From the NCBI GenBank assembly GCA_964016885.1, contig OZ024740.1:179924001-179988000 (forward strand): a DNA stretch of 64,000 bases. Reading direction: 5' to 3'. Of the stretch, positions 14,046 through 25,228 are shown in pieces. Each line of letters begins with the position of its first letter. Position 1 is the stretch's first letter. The position numbers and the translations under genes were made by a program. The DNA is from Eledone cirrhosa. Lineage: Eukaryota. The notes under the pieces are model-generated. The model saw only the letters and a list, made by a program, of their open reading frames with translations, was not told the DNA's origin and did no database searches.

Positions 14046-15832
14046 AAAAAAAAAGAACTCATACAATATATAAACCAACACTCAGACATCACAGAAAAAA
14101 ACTACTACACCCCACCATCACCAAGAACTCTACCGACAAACATAAGCATCATTGAAATCTCAATAGAACAGTACAAACCTTTAAAACAAAAATTCCCCTA
14201 CGCAGTTGGAGACTTCAGGGGGTCGATTACCAAGAGGATATACACTGACATCCTCTTGGAAAGACCTATGGCCAGCTACTGTCCCTTCACCACACGATCA
14301 AGGTAAGTGACCCTTTCACACTTGCTCCGTTTCTTATCCAACATGGCCGTACTCAGAATAGGCAGTATAAATGCACGTGGCCTGCGGTCAGCTTGGACGC
14401 AGGGTCATCTGCTCAACGACCTCAGGTCACTAAACATAGATGTGGTAGCCATCAGTGAGACCAGAATCTCCGAAGCACAACACGTCGCACCGATCTTCGG
14501 CGGCTACGATGTATACGCATCTCCCAGCCGTCCAAGATCGGGGGGAGGGGTTGCCGTCCTCTTTCGGAGAGGCTTGGATCTCGCCATACGGACCATCTTC
14601 CTAGACCCAGAAGGTAAGTCGGTGGTGCTGGACGTGACCGGCAGCGAAGGCATTCTTTCAGGCTAGTAGCCGTCTACGCCCCAACATGGGCAGGACGGCC
14701 AGATTTCTTCAGACGTCGAGACCTTTCATGAAACGTTCCGCTCTTTAGCCTTAGTGGGCGACTGGAACGGGATCTTGGATGCACGCTAGCATTGTGTGGG
14801 GCTAGTGGATATGGGAAGAGGGTGCAGCGGCGGCTCGGATCAGGGCATAGACTTCAGTGCATAACCTCGACGGACCGCCTAGGCTCTCGACAACCGCAGC
14901 ACAGTGTTGCAAAAAGCCAATAACAGCCGGTCAAATACGGGAAGCGATGGCAAAGCTACACGATGGGTAAATCGCCAGGATTGGATGGTCTGCCCTACGA
15001 GATTTATGCATTTATGCCAGACTTGTTCGGTGACCTCTTGGCAGATGTTATGCAACTGGCAACAGAATAGGAGCATTCCCAATTTTATAAGCGTGGGAGC
15101 GGTGGCGCTGCTGAGAAAGGACCCGAACAAGGGGATGTTATCGATAATTGCAGTGCCATAACCCTGCTAAACGCAGAGTTCAAGATTTTGGCCAAGGCGT
15201 TAGCAACGAGGTTGGCGCTTGTCGGCAAAGGTCTGGTGGGAGAAACGCAGACATGCGCCATTCCGGACAGATCCATACACGACAACCTCCACTTCATGCG
15301 ATACATCATAGAGAGGGTGGTTAAGGAACCTGGCACGGGTGGGGCCCTGATCAACTTGGATCAATCCAAAGCATTCGATAGGGTCGAACATCGGTAACTG
15401 GCGGCGGGTCTCGAAGCAGCCGGTTTCGGGCCCGTTTTCAGGGGTTGGATCGCTGCGATGTACAGCGACATCTGCTCAGTTGTGAGGGTGAACTGTCGCA
15501 GCCGTTCAGCATCATGCGCTCAGTCAGTCCGGGTTGTCCCCTCTCGTCCCTCCTGTACGTATTGGCTCTCGAACCGTTACTGCACAAACTGGGGGAAATG
15601 AGGGGCGTCCGACGCGAACTAGGATGCGGGAAATCCGAGGCGGCTCACGCCGACGACGTCACTGTGGTGGTGTCGAGTACCTGAGACGTCCAGATGCTCG
15701 GCAGCGCTCTCAAGGAATACGAAGCGGTGACAGAAGCAAAGATAAAGCAGGAGAAGTCGGTGGGATTGCAGCTCGGCACCTGGAGAGGCAAGTCCATGCC
15801 GTCCGACAGCGTCGTGGGGCGTTGGACGGACT
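14045..15832 (+). mobile_element. Tx1-like LINE, internally deleted fragment (ORF1 end, APE, part of RT)
   Basis: MAVLRIGSINARG..DVVAISETR (APE) and LDQSKAFDRV, GCPLS, HADD (RT). Multiple stops and deletions. Confidence 0.9.
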
Positions 15833-15877
15833 GATCGATAAAATTGTCCCTTTGGGTGGTCATGGGTGTTTCCAACT

Positions 15878-18127
15878 GCGTTGGGGAATTTTTGTTTTAA
15901 AGGTTTGTACTGTTCTATTGAGATTTCGATGATGCTTATGTTTGTCGGGAGAGTTCTTGGTGTTGGTGCGGTGTAGTAGTTTTTTTCTGTGATGTCTGTG
16001 TGCTGCTTTATATATTGTATGAGTTTTTTTTTGCCATGTTTATGGCTGTGTACTTTTTGGGGGGGAGGAGTGATTTTGTTGCTGTTTTCTTCTTGTTGCT
16101 GTTTGGTGTGTGTGTCTTGTTGTGTTTGCGTTGTTGGTGTTTTGGGTGATGCTGGTAGTGGTGTGGTTGTTGTTGTCAGTGGTGTTTGTGGTGGTGATGG
16201 TGGTGGTGTTGCTGCAACTTTCCTTGCTGCCTTTACCCCTCTTTGTATGCCTTCGCTTTTGGAGGTTGGATCTAAGGGTTTTTTTCTTTTTTGTCTTTTG
16301 TGGCAGACCGTTTACCACTTCACTCTCGCCTCAAACTCCATCTCGGATTCTGTGGCGTCTGGGAGGGGTATGTGCTCCACGGCTGTTGGTGGTGGTAGTT
16401 GAGCCCTCTTCGGCAATTATGTTGCTGGTGTAGCTACTTCAAATCTAGCTACTGGTGTTGCCGCCACTGATGATGATGCTTTAGTTATCCGTGGCCTTGG
16501 TACGGGTGCTACGAACGTTGCCCTCCTACCCACCGTGGAAAGGGCTTCTTTGTTTGTTGCCTGGCCTGCTCTTCGTAGCAGCGGACCAGGTATTGGAAGG
16601 AGAGGGGCCTTCTTCGTTGTCTTCTGCGGGCAAAAGGCCCTGAGATGACCCTTCGACCCACAGAGATAACATTTTGGCCGTCTTCCTTCTACACTTATAG
16701 GGAGCTGGGTCCTTCCCCGATGTCTATGATATCGGGGATAGCGTCGATACATTCCTGGTCAGTTTGTATAAGCATTTGCATGCCTATACCTGACCAGTTC
16801 TCTCTCCTTATTTTCTCTACTTGCAGCATGGTCGTCCTGTTCTCGATTCCAACAAGGACAGACGTGGCCAGCCAAGGTATGGGCTCGTCGGGTGGGACCT
16901 GGGTCACTTTGACCCTCACAATTTTCTGCCCGCAGTAGGAGGGCACCAAGACTATCTCCCCACTCTTTAGCGTTTCCAAAGAGTGAGACTTTGCTTCCTG
17001 GGGAGTGGCGAAAAGTACGTCTACTGTGGCGTACTTTGTGCCTCGGGTGATGTGGGTTTTGTGTGCCCAGACGCACCCCAAGGCCTTTGGGATTTGAGCC
17101 TGCGTGGCTCTCTCCACCTGATTTAAGATTTTGCTTACGGTGCGGTAAGTCACCGTTCGTAGCTGCTGGTCCTTGAAAAAATCGGGTGGAGGTTTCAGGG
17201 AGACTCCATTCGCGCTTCTTGCCACCATGGCCCTTGCGACTGCCATCTCCTCCTCTGTGACTAACACTGTTTCTATATTTCGGGCGATACCTGCATAAGA
17301 AGTGGTCCCTTTTTCAGTAGAACCACTATTGCTGCCGCTACTGGTCTTACTGGTGGTGCTGAGATCGCTATTACAGGTATCCATGTGATTGTTGTTGTTT
17401 TCGTTGGTATAGTTGTTGGTGTTGTTGTTGTTGTTTTCGTTGATACTGTTGCTGTTGTTACTGTTATTGTGGCTGTTGTTATTATTGTCGTTTTTGTTGA
17501 TACTGTTCCTACTATTATTGTTGTTGTGGCTGTTGTTATTGTCATTGTTATTGTCTTTCTCGACGTTACCGCTGTCTTTTATTCGTCGTTACCGCTGTTA
17601 TCGTTATTGTCGTTCTCGACTTACCGCTGTTATTTTTGTGTCTGACTTTACGCTGTTATTATTGTTGTTGATGTTGTTATTGTTGGTGTTGTTATTGATG
17701 GTGTTGTTGTTTGTGTTGTTTTTGGTGTGATTGTTGGTGTTGTTTGTGTTAGAAATATTTGTTAATTTTAAATCTGTAACAATCTTCTTTTCCTTTGTAA
17801 TATTTTCGTTTATATTTACCTCCGCTGGAACGCTGTCTGGTTGATATGCTAATAAAGTTTCCCTCTCTCTGTGTTGTCTGACAGCGCTCTCTCTCTTTCT
17901 TGTGTTATCCGTGTTTAAATTTTTCAAAAAAATATTTTTACACTAATACGAATACGACACCCCGTAAAGGGGTGCCTTATTATTTACGAGTGAACCCCTG
18001 TATTAGGTGGGTCACTTCTTCTAAACTTTTATCAAATTTAAAACTTGAATAAAAGGTTTAGAACGGTTGAAAACGAGGTAAAACGTTGAACAAAACTGGA
18101 GGCGATAAGAAGCGTGGCTTCACCAAC
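15878..18127 (-). mobile_element. Tx1-like LINE 5' part (5' UTR + frameshifted ORF1)
   Basis: ORFs 16695-17384 and 16417-16752 encode an ORF1 core homologous to 23104-24531 and zinc knuckle CYLCGSKGHLRAFC. The N-terminus is Asn/Thr low-complexity. The 5' end abuts (AAT)n. Confidence 0.88.
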
Positions 18128-18131
18128 AATA

Positions 18132-18183
<52 letters not shown>

Positions 18184-18200
18184 TTAATAATAATAATAAT
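18128..18200. repeat. (AAT)n microsatellite separating head-to-head Tx1(-) and Dong(+)
   Basis: Direct reading. Confidence 0.95.
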
Positions 18201-21200
18201 AGCCATGTCTCTAGGGGAGAACGACCCCTCTAGTCTTGGTTGACACTCGTTCTAGAAGTGGTAACACGAAAAGATTACCCCTTGGCGGATAAGGATAAAA
18301 CGCGACAAAATAAAGTAGATGTCTAATGATGAAATCTCATACCGGATCGGCCGTCACCCGGGTAAAAAAGGGCCGCGTCCCTCAGAGAGGAACCAGACTG
18401 GGGTCGAAAAATCAGCTAATGGTTCAAACCTTCCCATCACTTCGGAGCTGGAGACCTCCCATAACCGGAATACTCCTACTGTTGGCCCTCCATGCTCACC
18501 ACCAAGAAATCCAAAGAAAAAGAGAGAAAAATGGTCAAGGGAAGATAATAAAGAAGTCCTTGAGGCTTTCTACACTGCCATGTACTTCCCATCAAATACA
18601 TCGAATACAGAGCAAACATATATCAACTGGAAAAAGAAACAGCCCGAAAACAGAGGCTATATTGACAGTAACAAACTAGCCAATATACGAAGAAATATTG
18701 TAAGAAAAAAGTTACTAACTGATATAGAAATTGATCAGATCAAGCTAGTAGCACAAAGTCAGCGAAGGGAAAATGAAGCATGTGTCAGTGAAAACGAGGT
18801 AAACTGTAACACTTCGAATCCCAGAGTTGGGGCGGAATCACTGGCAACAGAACAAATTAAAGAAAGGAGCGAAAAAGTGGAGGGAGTGCATGCTCAGGAT
18901 GAAACTACAAATGAAAATAATGAGATCGTAAATGATAAAGAAATGAATGAGAATGAACTTGCCAACTTGAAGGATGAAATTATGATCGAATGGATGAAAA
19001 TGAAAGAATCTGACATGGGGGAACGAGACACCCTCCCTAAGATCCAGAACTCCAAACAGAACCAAATGATAATACACAAGACTAACATAATTCTCAAAAA
19101 CATTATCATCACAAACAGACTAAGCATTACTGACTTAAATCATCTCTATTATGCATCGGCTAAAGTCACCACTCACTTATGTGGAGAAAAACAAAGGAAT
19201 TCCCACAAGAAATCTACTTGGCAAGATAACATCAATCGCCAAATAAACCTTCTCCGATCTGACATAGAAATTTTAACAAACTATAAAGTAGGTGAACATG
19301 TTAAACAAACTAAACTTAGAAAATTGAAAAAAAAGTACAGTATAAGATCAACATGTGACATAGACATGCTGATAGAAACAATCAAGCAAAAAGTGTCGGC
19401 CAAAGCTGCTCGTATAAGGCGCTTTGAAAAACGATCTAGATTCTATAAGGACAATAATATGTTCAAAAACAACCAAAGAAACTTCTACAGAAAAATTGGT
19501 AAGTCAACAATAACTGCTAAATCAATACCACCCAAGGAGGAAGTGCAAGAATTCTGGGAAAAGATCTGGGCCGAAGAAAAAGTTCATAACATACATGCCC
19601 CATGGATAGACAGACAAATGAAAGAAACAGCTCACCTTGAAGAACAAACATGGGAAAATATAACAGTTGAACAGCTGCGCTTGGCTCTAAGAAAAACCAG
19701 CAAATGGAAATCCCCAGGAAAAGACAAAATACAAAACTTTTGGATAAATGCCTTCACAGAGTCTCATGAGCTGTTAGCCCAACTTTACAATGAAATAGTT
19801 AAGGAGCCAGAAAAGATACCATCATGGCTAGTTAACGGCATTACATTCCTGCTACCGAAGAATGATGAGACAAACAATCCCAAAAATTACAGACCGATAA
19901 CCTGCTTGACCACAATGTATAAAATTTTAACATCAGTCCTAACTGAATACACATATGACCACCTGATAACAAATGACCTATTTCCCATTGAGCAGAAATG
20001 GTGTAAACGAGGCTCATATGGCTGTAAGGATCAGCTTCTGGTTAACAAAATGATACTGGAAGATTGTCATAATAGACACAAAAATCTATCGATTGCTTGG
20101 ATAGATTATAAAAAAGCATTTGATAGTTTGCCACACAGTTGGATTGAAAAATGTTTAGAGATTTTCAAAATATCCCCCGTTATCAGGAGGTTTTTGTCAT
20201 TCAGTATGAGGACATGGAGAACGACACTCCTTTTGAATAGTGAAACAAAATCACTGGAAGCTGGAGAAGTTAACATTAATTGTGGAATTTTTCAGGGTGA
20301 CTCTTTATCACCGCTTTTATTCTGCATCGCACTTATACCATTAAGTAAAATGCTCAATGAAACAAAACATGGATATAGAGTCTATGACAAAACCATTAAT
20401 CACCTGTTCTACATGGATGACCTGAAACTATTTGCAAAAAATGATGAACAATTGCAAGGGCTATTATCCACTGTGAAGCAGTTCAGTGATGACATTAAAA
20501 TGGAGTTTGGACTGGATAAATGCGCCAAAGCAACGTTCACCAGAGGAAAGCTGCTGAAGAGTTCAGACATTAATCTTGATCGGGGGAACGTGATAAGAGA
20601 GCTTGATCAAGAACAAACTTACAAATATCTAGGTGTTTGTGAAGGAGCCGGAATCAAGCACTCGACAATGAGGGAAAGGATAAGGAAGGAATGTTACCGC
20701 AGAGTCAGAGCAATCTTAAGAACGGAATTGAATGCAAGGAATAGGATCGATGCCATAAACACGCTTGCCATACCAGTAGTAACCTACAGTTACAATGTCA
20801 TCAACTGGTCAAGCACAGAGATCCCTAGGCTCGATACAAAAATCCGAAAATTCTTAACCATGCACAGAATGCATCACCCTAAGGCAATCATAGATAGAAT
20901 ATATCTCCCTAGGAAAGACGGAGGACGTGGGTTAATCCAGTTAGACATTGCGTTGAAAACTGCAACAATTGGATTATCCACATATCTAAGGGAATCACAT
21001 GATTGGATGATCAAACTCGTTTTGAAACACGAAAGCACCAAAAGATCATATTCCATTACAAAAGATGCACAAAGATACAGTAATGGACTACAACTTTCAG
21101 AAGTCCCATTTACTGCTGAAATGGAAAACACAGAAAAAGCAAAGCAGGTAAAAGTAACTGCAAAGAAAGAACTGCTACAGAAACTGGCTAAGAAATGGCA

Positions 21201-22121
21201 AGAAAAGCCTCTGTATGGAAAATACCCAGAGCGAGCTAACAATCCTGATGTTGACAAAACTTTAACCCATCAGTGGTTGGCATCCTCTGGACTGAAATCG
21301 GAGACTGAAGGACTGATTATATCCGCACAAGATCAGTGTCTGCCAACAAAAAATTACCAAGCCAACATAATAAAAAATGGGTGCAGCCCATTATGCCGTG
21401 TATGCAAAAAACAACCAGAGACCATTGACCATATAATTTCAATGTGCAGTCCTATAGCTCCAACCGAATACCTAAACAGGCATGACAGAGCTGCACAATA
21501 CATACATTGGATAATGTGTAAGCATTTTGACCTGCCCCATCAAAAGAATTGGTGGGAGCATCAACCACCTCCCATACTTGAAAAAGATCACATCTCAATC
21601 TTGTGGAACTTTAGCATCCAAACAGACCGAAAAATAGATGCAAATAGACCTGATATAATATTGAAGGACTTTCAAAGGAGGGTATGCCTGCTAATTGATA
21701 TGTCTGTTCCAATAGACAAGAATGTATCTATAAAAACATTTGAAAAATTGAGCAAGTATAAGGACCTGGAGATAGAAATTGGAAAAATGTGGAAATTGAG
21801 AACTAAAACAATACCAGTGGTTGTAGGCGCTCTGGGAATGATACCTAAGGGGTCTAACGACTACTTATCGCAAATCCCAGGAAACCCGCGTATAGGAGAA
21901 ATACAAAAGATAGTACTAATGGGAACTGCCCATATACTAAGGAAGATCCTGTCAATATAAGTACATCACAAGTCTAAACACTAAGGATGCATGTGTGAAT
22001 ATGTGTGTTCTTTCTTGAACATGGCGGACCTTGTTGTCTCTTGAGGTCACTGGTTGTGACTTGGTGATAACTCGTATAAACATAAAGCAAGATAAATGCA
22101 AATAATAATAATAATAATAAT
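18198..22121 (+). mobile_element. Dong/R4-like RLE retrotransposon, family A, near full length
   Basis: Single long ORF with a short 3' UTR. Flanked by (TAA)n on both sides (18128-18200 and 22101-22121), the known target type of Dong elements. Confidence 0.93.
18319..21960 (+). CDS. Intact 1213-aa non-LTR polyprotein: RT + CCHC zinc finger + PD-(D/E)xK restriction-like endonuclease
   Basis: KSPGKD, NYRPITCL, IDYKKAFDS, GIFQGDSLSPLLF, FYMDDLKL, YKYLG; CRVC...DHIISMC; RHD; RPDII..D...LIDMSVP...KLSKY. Confidence 0.95.
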   Translation: MSNDEISYRIGRHPGKKGPRPSERNQTGVEKSANGSNLPITSELETSHNRNTPTVGPPCSPPRNPKKKREKWSREDNKEVLEAFYTAMYFPSNTSNTEQTYINWKKKQPENRGYIDSNKLANIRRNIVRKKLLTDIEIDQIKLVAQSQRRENEACVSENEVNCNTSNPRVGAESLATEQIKERSEKVEGVHAQDETTNENNEIVNDKEMNENELANLKDEIMIEWMKMKESDMGERDTLPKIQNSKQNQMIIHKTNIILKNIIITNRLSITDLNHLYYASAKVTTHLCGEKQRNSHKKSTWQDNINRQINLLRSDIEILTNYKVGEHVKQTKLRKLKKKYSIRSTCDIDMLIETIKQKVSAKAARIRRFEKRSRFYKDNNMFKNNQRNFYRKIGKSTITAKSIPPKEEVQEFWEKIWAEEKVHNIHAPWIDRQMKETAHLEEQTWENITVEQLRLALRKTSKWKSPGKDKIQNFWINAFTESHELLAQLYNEIVKEPEKIPSWLVNGITFLLPKNDETNNPKNYRPITCLTTMYKILTSVLTEYTYDHLITNDLFPIEQKWCKRGSYGCKDQLLVNKMILEDCHNRHKNLSIAWIDYKKAFDSLPHSWIEKCLEIFKISPVIRRFLSFSMRTWRTTLLLNSETKSLEAGEVNINCGIFQGDSLSPLLFCIALIPLSKMLNETKHGYRVYDKTINHLFYMDDLKLFAKNDEQLQGLLSTVKQFSDDIKMEFGLDKCAKATFTRGKLLKSSDINLDRGNVIRELDQEQTYKYLGVCEGAGIKHSTMRERIRKECYRRVRAILRTELNARNRIDAINTLAIPVVTYSYNVINWSSTEIPRLDTKIRKFLTMHRMHHPKAIIDRIYLPRKDGGRGLIQLDIALKTATIGLSTYLRESHDWMIKLVLKHESTKRSYSITKDAQRYSNGLQLSEVPFTAEMENTEKAKQVKVTAKKELLQKLAKKWQEKPLYGKYPERANNPDVDKTLTHQWLASSGLKSETEGLIISAQDQCLPTKNYQANIIKNGCSPLCRVCKKQPETIDHIISMCSPIAPTEYLNRHDRAAQYIHWIMCKHFDLPHQKNWWEHQPPPILEKDHISILWNFSIQTDRKIDANRPDIILKDFQRRVCLLIDMSVPIDKNVSIKTFEKLSKYKDLEIEIGKMWKLRTKTIPVVVGALGMIPKGSNDYLSQIPGNPRIGEIQKIVLMGTAHILRKILSI

Positions 22122-22733
22122 GATTTCTTTATTGGCCACAAGGACTGACCTCAACAAAAACATTACAATTGGCACAGGACGGTACAGGACGGTACGATGT
22201 AGGTTTTGTGCGTGTAAATATTTTTATTATTTATATAAGAAAAGAAAAAAAAAAGGACATAGCAACATATATATATATAAAAAATAAAAATGAAAATTGA
22301 AACAATGAAAAATTCACCTTGACCATTTTTCTCTCTTTTTCTTTGGATTTCTTGGTGGTGAGCATGGAGGGCCAACAGTAGGAGTATTCCGGTTATGGGA
22401 GGACTCCAGCTCCGAAGTGATGGGAAGGTTTGAACCATTAGCTGATTTTTCGACCCCAGTCTGGTTCCTCTCTGAGGGACGCGGCCCTATTTTACCCGGG
22501 TGACGGCCGATCCGGTATGAGATTTCATCATTAGACATTTACTTTATTTTGTCGCGTTTTATCCTTATCCGCCAAGGGGTAATCATTTCGTATTACCACT
22601 TCTAGAACGAGTGTCAACCTAGACTAGAGGGGTCGTTCTCCCCTAGAGACACGGCTATTCCCCGCCGGCCGCCATCCCGGTATTTCTTGGTCACGAGGTT
22701 TTCTTTTTGTTGTTTTTTTAAATTGTTATTATC
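22121..22733 (-). mobile_element. Chimeric segment: Dong-A 5' end (22317-22733) joined to Tx1 3' UTR and (ATT)n tail (22121-22316)
   Basis: 22317-22660 is the reverse complement of 18198-18542 with a few substitutions. 22121-22316 matches the Tx1 3' UTR at 28757-28915 (GAATTTTTCATTGTT...GTACCGTCCTG...CCTTGTGG.. AATAAAGAAATCATTATT). Confidence 0.88.
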
Positions 22734-22779
22734 ATGAGTGGTTCCTTAATGTGAGCATTGCGTGGCTTAAGAATGAAAT

Positions 22780-22834
22780 TATTAATAATTGTCTCCACTC
22801 CAGGCACAAGGCCAGCAATCACCCAGTGAATTAC
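22780..22834 (-). mobile_element. SINE 3' tail fragment
   Basis: Reverse complement reads CACTGGGTGATTGCTGGCCTTGTGCCTGGAGTGGAGACAATTATT. Confidence 0.75.
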
Positions 22835-23103
22835 AATAATATAATATACTTTTTGTTGTAGTTGTATTATTATTATTATTATTATTATTGAATGCTATGG
22901 TTGACGGAAGCTCGGCCCTGTAAGGTACTGTAAATTTTGAACGCTATAACAATTGTAAATTGTTTATAACTTAGACCAACTTGTAGACAAAAACACCCTC
23001 CTCCTCGTGAGAGGGGTCTTTCTGCCCGTTATTTGGCCCTTCGGGGTTAAATAACTGCTTATTGGGGTTTTGTACCCAATATTTATTTTAAACAAAAAAC
23101 AAC

Positions 23104-25194
23104 ATGGCTACGAAAAAGAAATTTCATAGGTCACTCCCACTCATTCCGTCTTCTTCTTCCTCAATCATCACTACAGCAGAGAGAAGATTGTCTCTCTCCC
23201 TCCCTTCCTTAAATGTGTCTCTCTCCCTCCCTTCTCTTTCGCAAGCGACGAAAGAAAAGAAAAGTCTCGTGCAAAGCGTGCAAGGTTTCTCCACGACGAC
23301 GACGACAGCGACGAAACAGGTGTGCGGGAAATACGAAAACCCAGTTCATTCGTCTGACGTCAGGAATAATAGCAGTAGCAGCCGTAATAACAACAGCAAC
23401 AGTGACAATGAAAACAACAGTAGCAGCCGCAACAGCATCACCAGCAGCATAAACAACAACAGCATTAGCAGCAGCAACACCAACAACAACCACAGCAACA
23501 GCGGCGGAGGCAGTAGACGTAGTACCTGCAGCAACAACAAAAGTACCAGCAGCTCTGACGACAACAACAACAACAGCAGCAAAGAAAAACCAATCTCATT
23601 TGCAGGTATTGCGAAAAACTTGGAAACAATCCTCATAACAAATGAGGAATTAGAGGAAGCGAAGAAGATGGTGACAAAGAATGGACACCGAGCAATCTGC
23701 AAGGCAGCGGAAACATTTTTCGAAACCCAACAGCACTGTACGGTCACGTACCGTACAGTAAGTACAAAATCCCGTAGGGTGGAAAGAGCCACAGAGGCTC
23801 AGATACAAAAAGCCTTGGGGTCTGTGTGGCAGCAGAAAACGCACATCACCCGAGGCAAAAAATATGCCACCGTAGACGTACTTTTTGCCACACCCCAGGA
23901 GGCAAAGGCCCAATCAGTAGTGACCCTAAGGAGCGAGGAAATGGTGTTGGTGCCCTCCTACTGCGGGCAAAAAATTGTGAGGGTCAAACTGACCCACGTC
24001 CCCCCCGGAATGGCCCCTTCTTGGCTGGCCGCATCTGTCCTCGTCGGAATCGAGGACAAAACAACTGTACTGCAAGTACAGAAAAAAGTAAGAGAAGATT
24101 GGGTCGGCACCTCCATTGAGATGCTAATCCAAACCAACCAGGAGTGCATCGAAGCTATCCCGGATGTGATAGACTTCGATAACGGCACTCAACTGCCCAT
24201 AAGTGTTGAAGGAAAACGCCCGAAATGCTTTCGCTGTGGATCGAAGACTCACCTCAGGGCCTTCTGCAACGAGAAGACCCTGAGAAAGGAGAAAACCCCC
24301 CTCCTTCCAAAACCGGCTCCACGGCTACCAGCAACAGGACAAGCGGCAACCAGGAACGATAGGTCCGTGGCACCCATACCCACGCCAAGGAAATCAAAAA
24401 CAGCAGCAGCAGTGGAAATATTAACAACAACAACAGCAATACCAAATGCAGCTGCAACAGAGACTCCAGTGCAAACATCACCAACAACAAGTGAAAGAGT
24501 GGAGCTGGTACCCCTCCCCGACCTCACATAATCAGACATGGAGTGTGAGGTGGGAGAGAGATGGCAAAAGGTCGTAAGAAGGCACAAACGCAGAAGCAGC
24601 GCATCGTCGCCTTCGAAAAGGGAGGAAAGAAATGAGAAAAGGGTAAAGTCTACTGCAAAGAGACCCACAGCAGCAACACCACCAACACCATCACCACCCA
24701 CACTAGCACCACCATCACCACCGGCGACAACCCCACCGCCAACAACACCTTCAACACCACCACCACAAGCACCAACATCGCAAACACAACAACAAAACAC
24801 ACACACCCAGCAACAACGACAAGAAAATAGCAGAACCACACACCACCCCCAGAAAAACAAATGCACGGCAATAAATACACACAACAAGAAACTAATGACT
24901 TACATAATTGAACACACAGACATTTCACAACAGGTCTACATAATACCAGCACCAATCAAAACGCCAACTAACATAAGACTGCTAAAAATAGCACAGAAAC
25001 AATACACAAACATTAAAACGAAATTCCCCAACGCAGTTGGTGATTTCAGGGACCTAGGAGGAACCATCAATCGAAGAGTATATTCAGACATTCTCTTAGA
25101 AGAGCCGACGACCAGCCGAAGCGACGATTCAACGGTCCCTTCACAAGTGAAAAGGGATGTAAAAACCATCCCTCCTCTACCAAAAGTACGGTAA
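23104..25194 (+). pseudogene. Tx1-like ORF1 (nucleic-acid-binding, CCHC knuckle) with one nonsense codon
   Basis: ORFs 23104-24531 and 24538-25194 are in the same frame. TAA at 24529 corresponds to GAA in sister copies (T-E-S-D/E-M). Knuckle CFRCGSKTHLRAFC. Confidence 0.88.
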
Positions 25195-25228
25195 GTGGTC
25201 TTTCCCATCTTTTCACTCTATTTTAAAC

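Noticed and set aside
14045-16035. Twin-priming 5' inversion explanation for the inverted Tx1 segments
   Set aside because: The segments converge tail-to-tail with no 3' tail, which is not the head-to-head geometry twin priming produces.
15989-17730. Hydrophobic poly-Leu/Val ORFs resembling membrane proteins
   Set aside because: They are antisense or alternate frames of the Asn/Thr-rich Tx1 ORF1.
22640-22700. GGCCGGC start and CCTCGT resembling an HDV-like ribozyme at the Dong 5' end (also TCCTCGT at ~23001)
   Set aside because: Complementary P1/P2/P3 strands and a J4/2 motif could not be identified.
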